Source: Promethearchaeota archaeon
Lineage (GTDB): Archaea > Asgardarchaeota > Lokiarchaeia > Sigyniarchaeales > SOKP01
Length of the DNA: 44,324 bases
Direction of reading: 5' to 3'
Assembly (NCBI GenBank): GCA_016839745.1
Contig: JAEOTS010000143.1
Coordinates: forward strand, 1-44,324
Part shown: in pieces, positions 38,828 to 44,324 of the stretch
Layout of the letters: every line of letters starts with the position of its first letter
How positions within the stretch are numbered: position 1 is the first letter of the stretch
Translations under genes and position numbers: made by a program
Notes under the pieces: model-generated
What the model was told of the DNA's origin: nothing
The model's input: only the letters and a program-made list of their open reading frames with translations
Databases searched by the model: none

Positions 38828-41800
38828 ATGACATATGATAGATATATGAAGCAATTCATAAAACAGAATTTAAAACTCCTAACATCCCAATCTCAAAACC
38901 AAATAAAAGACCTTAAACGGAAAAAAAATGATTTTTGGAGGAAATTAAAAACTATCTCTATACCAAAAAACCAAGAAGTAGCGTACTCAACCATTGTGTA
39001 TCTGATAAAAACTAAAAGAATCTCTAATCAGGATGAATTTGATGATCTCATTAATATATCAGAATATCTAAGCAAATTTCTAATTATTAAAGATGTTGAG
39101 ACAATATTAACTGAAATTTATACTAAAACCGATCCATCATATTCAAAAACTTTCCTAAAAAAGGAAGATTTTAAGGAAATTAAAAAAGAAGATTACCATC
39201 AAATAAAAAAAAGAGATATAAATATTGACGATTTTCAAGCTTGTGAAGTAGATATAACATTTAAGGAAAAACTCGAGCTTTTAAGAAGGTATGGTTATGA
39301 TATTTTGATAAATAGATTTGAACCACTCTTAAGAACTACAATTATCAATGAAGTTTTAATAATTAATTATGGATCAAGAAATTGGATTCGAGAAATTCCT
39401 AAAGGTGTTATTGAAGCTTTAGAAGAAATGAAGGATTTAAACGCAAACATATGCACAATCGAAGATTTTTTCGAAGAATCTTTTTTTTGGTGTTTAAAAG
39501 AGATTGCTGTTTTTTCAGATCACTATAAACACTTAAATAACCTTATAAATAACCTTCCTAAAAATAAATTTATTGAGGTTATGGACAATTTAAATGAAAA
39601 CAGAAAAAAAATTTCTCACGCCAAGTCTACTTTCAGCGCTAGTGATTTGACGGATTTAATTTTTAATATAAAATTAATATGTCAAGGCGAATTGGGTAAA
39701 GGTATAATAGAGTATATTGATAATGAATTGTATCTTACTGCTGACGAGATTCCGTACATCTTTTTTGATGAATATGAATGTCCTAACAATCTACCTAGCG
39801 AAGATTATGATTTAGTTGGAGGTTTTATAGGACGGCAAAAAGAGATTAAGAGAGTAATACAGTTATTATATTCAGACCAAGATAGAATTGTATCTATAAA
39901 CGGTGCTGGGGGTATAGGAAAGACTGCTGTAGCATTAAAAGCATCTTATAAAATACTCGCTGATAGAAATAATCCATTTGAAGCAATAATGTGGTTTACT
40001 GCCAAAGAAGAAACATTAACAGCATATGGGATTGTCCCAGTTGATTCAAAAATTAAAACTAGTCTTAATTTAATTAAAGATATATTAAGCATTATTGATC
40101 CTGGGGTATTAGATATATTGGATCGATCAGATATTTCTCAAAAAATTTATGAGGATAATGTTTATAAAATTTTATCCTCAAGGAAATGTCTCTTAATAAT
40201 TGATAATTTAGAAACAATAAAGGATGAGGATATAATAGAGTTTATTAAAGATATTCCTCGTCCATCCCAAGTATTAATAACTAGCAGGAAAGGCTTAGGA
40301 GAGATTGAACGGAGATACGAACTACCTGACTTTGCTGAAAATGATGCTATTAAATTATTTAGAGTAATTGCTAGGGTAAGAAATAGAAAAGATTTATTAA
40401 AATTACCAGATGATAATATAAAAAATTTAGTGAGAAAAGTAAGATGTTATCCTCTTTTACTTAAATGGGCTATTGGAAGAGTTTGCTTAGGTAAAATCAT
40501 TTCAGAAGCTTTTTCAGAAATATATTCTGGAAAAAGTGATATTGCTCAATTTGTTTTCAACGATGTATTTAGTAGCTTAAAAAAAGAATCAAAATCTTGT
40601 TTATACAGTATGATCGTTTATGGTGACAAACCAATAACCAGACATTTTTTGATGCATCTGGCTAATTTGGATAGAGATACATTTGATGATGTTATAAGAG
40701 AACTTATTTTTGTATCCTTTGTTTATACAGAAAATATCAAAACTGAACGAGACTATGACATCAATTACTATATGCTGTCACTAACACGAGGATTTGTTAA
40801 ATATAAATTAAATGAGAATAAAAAAGAGTTTAATGCGATACAAAGCCGGCTTTTTGAATTGTCAAAACAAATTGAAGAATTTGATAAATCACATAAGATC
40901 TACTATCAATCATTAGAATCTATAGGTGTTACTACAGATGATGATAAAATCGCTTTTAATTATGTTAAATCAGCTAAGAGATACAAAAAGGTTGATGATA
41001 ATCAGAAAGCAGAAGAAGCTTTTGAATTGGCGATCGAAATCTCTCCAAATTTCCCTTATGCTTTGAATGAATTTGCTAAATTTAAATCAAAGCAGGGTTA
41101 TATTCATGAATCTAATGGACTTTTTGAAAAATCTATAAAAGCTGATCCTGATAACTGGCATTCCTACTTTCATTATGGGATTGATTTAAAACATCAAAAT
41201 AAAATTCATAAATCGATCGAAGCATTAGAGAAAGCGAAAGAATTGAATCCCAATTACTATGTGATACATAGCGTTTTAGCTAGGGTCTATACATTTCAAG
41301 GAGATTATGGTAAAGCTGATGATCTTTTTAATGAAGTCAATGAGAATGAGAAGTTTATCGATTACCGAAAAAAAATCATGAGGTTAGAACATCAAGCTGA
41401 CAATTACAATCGATGGTCGAGAACATATTTCGATAGAGGCGATTTTAATGGAGGATTAGAAAAATTATACAAAGCGTTAAATATTATTGAAATGGAGCGA
41501 AATAATATTACAGTTGACATATCTATCCTAAAACTAGAAAAAAGTATTTGCCTTGATATAGCAATAAGTTTATCCAAAAATAATAAATTTGATGAATCAT
41601 TACCCTATTTTAAGCGTGCCCATAAGAAGTTAAGGTTGAAGAGTGGCATAATTGTGAATGCTGATGAGGTGAGATCACGAGCATATTATTATATAGCAAA
41701 ATATGGTTTTGAAACAAATAAAATACTAAAAGAAAAAATTAATAAGTATATTAAAAAAGGTCTCTCCATATCACAGAAAAAAGAATATATTCAGAAATTT

Positions 41801-42079
41801 AAAAAATTAGCTCAATATGTTAATAATTTACCCGATGTACCCCTTTCAGAAAAGAAATATGGATATATAAAATATTTTAATTTTCAAAGGAAATATGGAA
41901 TTATCAATTCAGAGGGTGACTCGTATATCTTCTTTAAGCAGGGTTTTTATCAATATGTTGATGATAAAACCCTCATAGAGTTAGAAGGAAAAGATGTTTC
42001 TTTTATATTAAAAGACGATCCTAATAAACCAGGGAAGAAAGTGGCAACACTCATAACTTTTGAAGCAAATTTATCTTAA
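38828..42079 (+). CDS. NLR-like STAND protein: Swt1-like HEPN - NB-ARC - TPR - cold-shock OB domain
   Basis: FEPLLR...RKKISH (RxxxxH, 39602-39619); FIGRQKE; Walker A GAGGIGKT; Walker B LLIIDNLE; VLITSR; YPL; several TPRs; C-terminal GYIKYFNFQRKYGII...YIFF (CSD RNP-1-like). Confidence 0.85.
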   Translation: MTYDRYMKQFIKQNLKLLTSQSQNQIKDLKRKKNDFWRKLKTISIPKNQEVAYSTIVYLIKTKRISNQDEFDDLINISEYLSKFLIIKDVETILTEIYTKTDPSYSKTFLKKEDFKEIKKEDYHQIKKRDINIDDFQACEVDITFKEKLELLRRYGYDILINRFEPLLRTTIINEVLIINYGSRNWIREIPKGVIEALEEMKDLNANICTIEDFFEESFFWCLKEIAVFSDHYKHLNNLINNLPKNKFIEVMDNLNENRKKISHAKSTFSASDLTDLIFNIKLICQGELGKGIIEYIDNELYLTADEIPYIFFDEYECPNNLPSEDYDLVGGFIGRQKEIKRVIQLLYSDQDRIVSINGAGGIGKTAVALKASYKILADRNNPFEAIMWFTAKEETLTAYGIVPVDSKIKTSLNLIKDILSIIDPGVLDILDRSDISQKIYEDNVYKILSSRKCLLIIDNLETIKDEDIIEFIKDIPRPSQVLITSRKGLGEIERRYELPDFAENDAIKLFRVIARVRNRKDLLKLPDDNIKNLVRKVRCYPLLLKWAIGRVCLGKIISEAFSEIYSGKSDIAQFVFNDVFSSLKKESKSCLYSMIVYGDKPITRHFLMHLANLDRDTFDDVIRELIFVSFVYTENIKTERDYDINYYMLSLTRGFVKYKLNENKKEFNAIQSRLFELSKQIEEFDKSHKIYYQSLESIGVTTDDDKIAFNYVKSAKRYKKVDDNQKAEEAFELAIEISPNFPYALNEFAKFKSKQGYIHESNGLFEKSIKADPDNWHSYFHYGIDLKHQNKIHKSIEALEKAKELNPNYYVIHSVLARVYTFQGDYGKADDLFNEVNENEKFIDYRKKIMRLEHQADNYNRWSRTYFDRGDFNGGLEKLYKALNIIEMERNNITVDISILKLEKSICLDIAISLSKNNKFDESLPYFKRAHKKLRLKSGIIVNADEVRSRAYYYIAKYGFETNKILKEKINKYIKKGLSISQKKEYIQKFKKLAQYVNNLPDVPLSEKKYGYIKYFNFQRKYGIINSEGDSYIFFKQGFYQYVDDKTLIELEGKDVSFILKDDPNKPGKKVATLITFEANLS

Positions 42080-42443
42080 TATCACAAAATTTGTGGCGAG
42101 ATTATTTCATATCTTAACCAACGGGGATAGAGATTTTAGAAAGAAATCATATATGCAAATTAACCCCCAATGGATTGATCCTAAAACTAGAAATAAACTG
42201 AAAAAATTCCTTGATCTTGAAATGAAAACCAAATACCCAGAATTATCAAAATATTTACATTCCATGTTTAACTACAATAAATATCGAAAGCTTGACGCCC
42301 ATGAAAATCCTATAGTGAGATTCACCAATAGTATTGCATATTTTACAAAACCCGGAAAACAAGAAGTTGAGATGGATTTAAATGAAATCACTAAGATAAC
42401 CAATATTTATTCTTATTTTATTGAGAGTCTCTGTTTGTTCTAA
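42060..42443 (+). CDS. HEPN-like protein or gene fragment
   Basis: RKLDAH (RxxxxH, 42285-42302) in a helical context; weak TTG start overlapping the STAND gene's 3' end. Confidence 0.5.
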   Translation: MKQIYLNITKFVARLFHILTNGDRDFRKKSYMQINPQWIDPKTRNKLKKFLDLEMKTKYPELSKYLHSMFNYNKYRKLDAHENPIVRFTNSIAYFTKPGKQEVEMDLNEITKITNIYSYFIESLCLF

Positions 42444-42522
42444 TAATTTTGCTAAATTCCAGATGAGGAAAACATCTAAAGTTTTCTTCATAATGTTAGA
42501 TAACATTTAAAAAGGGAATTAT

Positions 42523-43895
42523 ATGACCGAAAAACAAGAAAATGTTGAAGCAAGAGTTAAATATCTTGTAAAAGAAATAGAACGCCATAACACCTCTACT
42601 ATAATGAGACTCCAGAAATCTCAGATGCGAAATATGATGCTCTGGAGGATGAGCTACGAGAACTTGATCCCGAAAACCCCATCTTGTTTAAAATCGGTTT
42701 GGATCGCTCAGAATTATTCACTAAGCGTGAGCATATAATTCCGATGTCCTCTCAGGATAAAGTAACTACTCCCTCAGAGTTTAAGAAATGGGCTAAAAAA
42801 CGTAATTATACTTTATTCATTATCCAGTTTAAATTGGATGGAATAAGTATCGAATTGCAATATGAGGATGGTATCTTTCAATATGCAATTACCAGAGGTG
42901 ATGGCAAAGTGGGAGATGATGTATCTGCAAATGTTATCAATATGAAAGGATTTATTCCAAAACTTAAGGATAATTTTACGGGTGCGGTACGTGCGGAAAT
43001 TTTATTACTTCATGATATATTCGAGCAAAAATATACTGATAAACAGAATTGTAGAAATGCAGCGGCAGGTATTGTAAGGAGAAAAGATGGTGTGGCAAGT
43101 GGTGATTTGAATTTAATCTATTATGATGCGATTAGCTTAAGTGATTATGTTATATTCAAAAGTGAGATAGAGAAGCTTAAATGGTTAAAAGAGCAAAATT
43201 TTCAAACGGTTAGAACTAAAACAGTTAAATCAGTACAGGAAGTAATCCAGGGTCGTGAAGAGGTGATGACTAATATCAGACATACACTGGAGTTTGATAT
43301 TGACGGTCTTGTTATTAAAGGTAAGGAAATTGATGTAGAGGATATGAAGCGAGCAAAACCGATGAAACAGGTTGCTTTTAAGTTTCAAGTGGAGGAGATT
43401 GAAACTGTATTGTTAGATGTGGAATGGAGTATTAGTGGGCATAATTACACCCCTGTTGCAATTGTTGAAACAGTAAACCTCATGGGCACCACAGTGAGCA
43501 GAGCGAGTTTAGCCAATCCTAATTTGATCAAAGAACTTGGTCTAAAGATCGGTTCAGAAGTGATGATTAGTAAGCGAGGAGATATCATACCCAAAATTGA
43601 AAGTGTAATTAATACTTCAACAAATGCGAAAGAAATTAAAATTCCTCAAATATGTGAAGTATGTGATACCAAGCTAATTAATGAAGGAACACGGTTATAT
43701 TGTCCCAATGAACAATGTCCAAAACGATATTACCATCGAGTTCGGAAATGGATTCGCAAATTAGGTGTCAAGCATTTTAGTGAAAAATTAATGTTAAAAC
43801 CCTTATTTGACAATGGAAAATTGAAGAATATCGCTCGATTTGAGGGTGTCCAATTATTGCTTCAATTTGGTATAATCCCAATTAGCAATTCTTAG
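42523..43895 (+). pseudogene. ligA: NAD-dependent DNA ligase, frameshifted near the 5' end and truncated before most of the HhH and the BRCT domains
   Basis: ...KEIERH then a shift at about 42589 into HLYYNETPEISDAKYDALEDEL; KLDG; TRGDG; NCRNAAAG; IDGLVIK; RASLAN; GDIIPKI; C4 zinc finger. Similarity ends after KLKNIA (about 43835). Confidence 0.88.
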
Positions 43896-44267
43896 AATAG
43901 TATCTAGCCCAAATTTTTGCAATCGTCCCCATTTTTTTTAATAATGAGGAATTTACTCAGAATTTTCAAACTCAGTTCACATAAGAGCTTTATAAGAATA
44001 GTTCGTTCTAACTCACTATAAATGCTATGAATTTAAAAGGGAAAAAAAGGAGAGGATACAAATAAATCAAAATGCGAAGGGAAAGAAGTTCAAAGGTGAA
44101 AAAACATGTGATTTATTTGCTAATTCCTTCAGCTTTGATATGGTATCGATATATTTAAATAAAAATTTATAAAAATTTCAACAAATTTCAATAAATTTTA
44201 AATTTTATTCAAAATAAATAATATTGGTTCTATAATATTTTTGATCTCCTGTTGGTATTGTTTAAAA

Positions 44268-44324
44268 ATGAAAAAAGAAAAAGCTTTAGATGATATCGAT
44301 AGAAGTATCATACGTATTCTTCAA
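44268..44324 (+). CDS. Lrp/AsnC-family transcriptional regulator, 5' end (partial)
   Basis: MKKEKALDDIDRSIIRILQ matches the LDxxDxxIIxxLQ N-terminus of Lrp/AsnC proteins. Confidence 0.7.
   Translation, partial: MKKEKALDDIDRSIIRILQ

Overview
AT-rich archaeal DNA, most consistent with an Asgard archaeon of the Lokiarchaeia type. This is inferred from a thermosome gene, RadA, an SDS22-like LRR protein, a Rab/Ras-like GTPase fragment, an Lrp/AsnC start and archaeal promoter/SD signals. The window has three zones. (1) 1-17 kb, cell-surface cluster: a secreted Zn-dependent phospholipase C/P1-nuclease-fold protein, four membrane proteins (two are tandem paralogues), a wHTH regulator and a 3783-aa giant membrane protein with five inserted copies of a lectin-like module. 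(2) 18-25 kb, mixed accessory genes: a half-GTPase/membrane fusion, a 2-TM gene flanked by direct repeats, a RadA paralogue with an extra C-terminal HhH domain, two HNH nucleases and a beta/gamma-crystallin-like protein. (3) 25.6-43.9 kb, a likely defence island: a small gene plus an RloC-like zinc-hook ABC-ATPase, a type IIG restriction-modification enzyme, a C2H2-ZnF/wHTH + ATPase-nuclease gene pair, and an NLR-like HEPN-STAND-TPR-CSD protein followed by a second HEPN-like ORF, ending in a broken NAD-dependent ligase. The most unexpected signal is a roughly 190-nt, relatively GC-rich, pseudoknot-capable putative ncRNA on the minus strand (33892-34080) inside the island, with its own promoter-like and terminator-like signals. 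A small SMP-like ORF missed by the ORF track lies at 32359-32520. All protein-family calls come from motif recognition by eye, not database searches.
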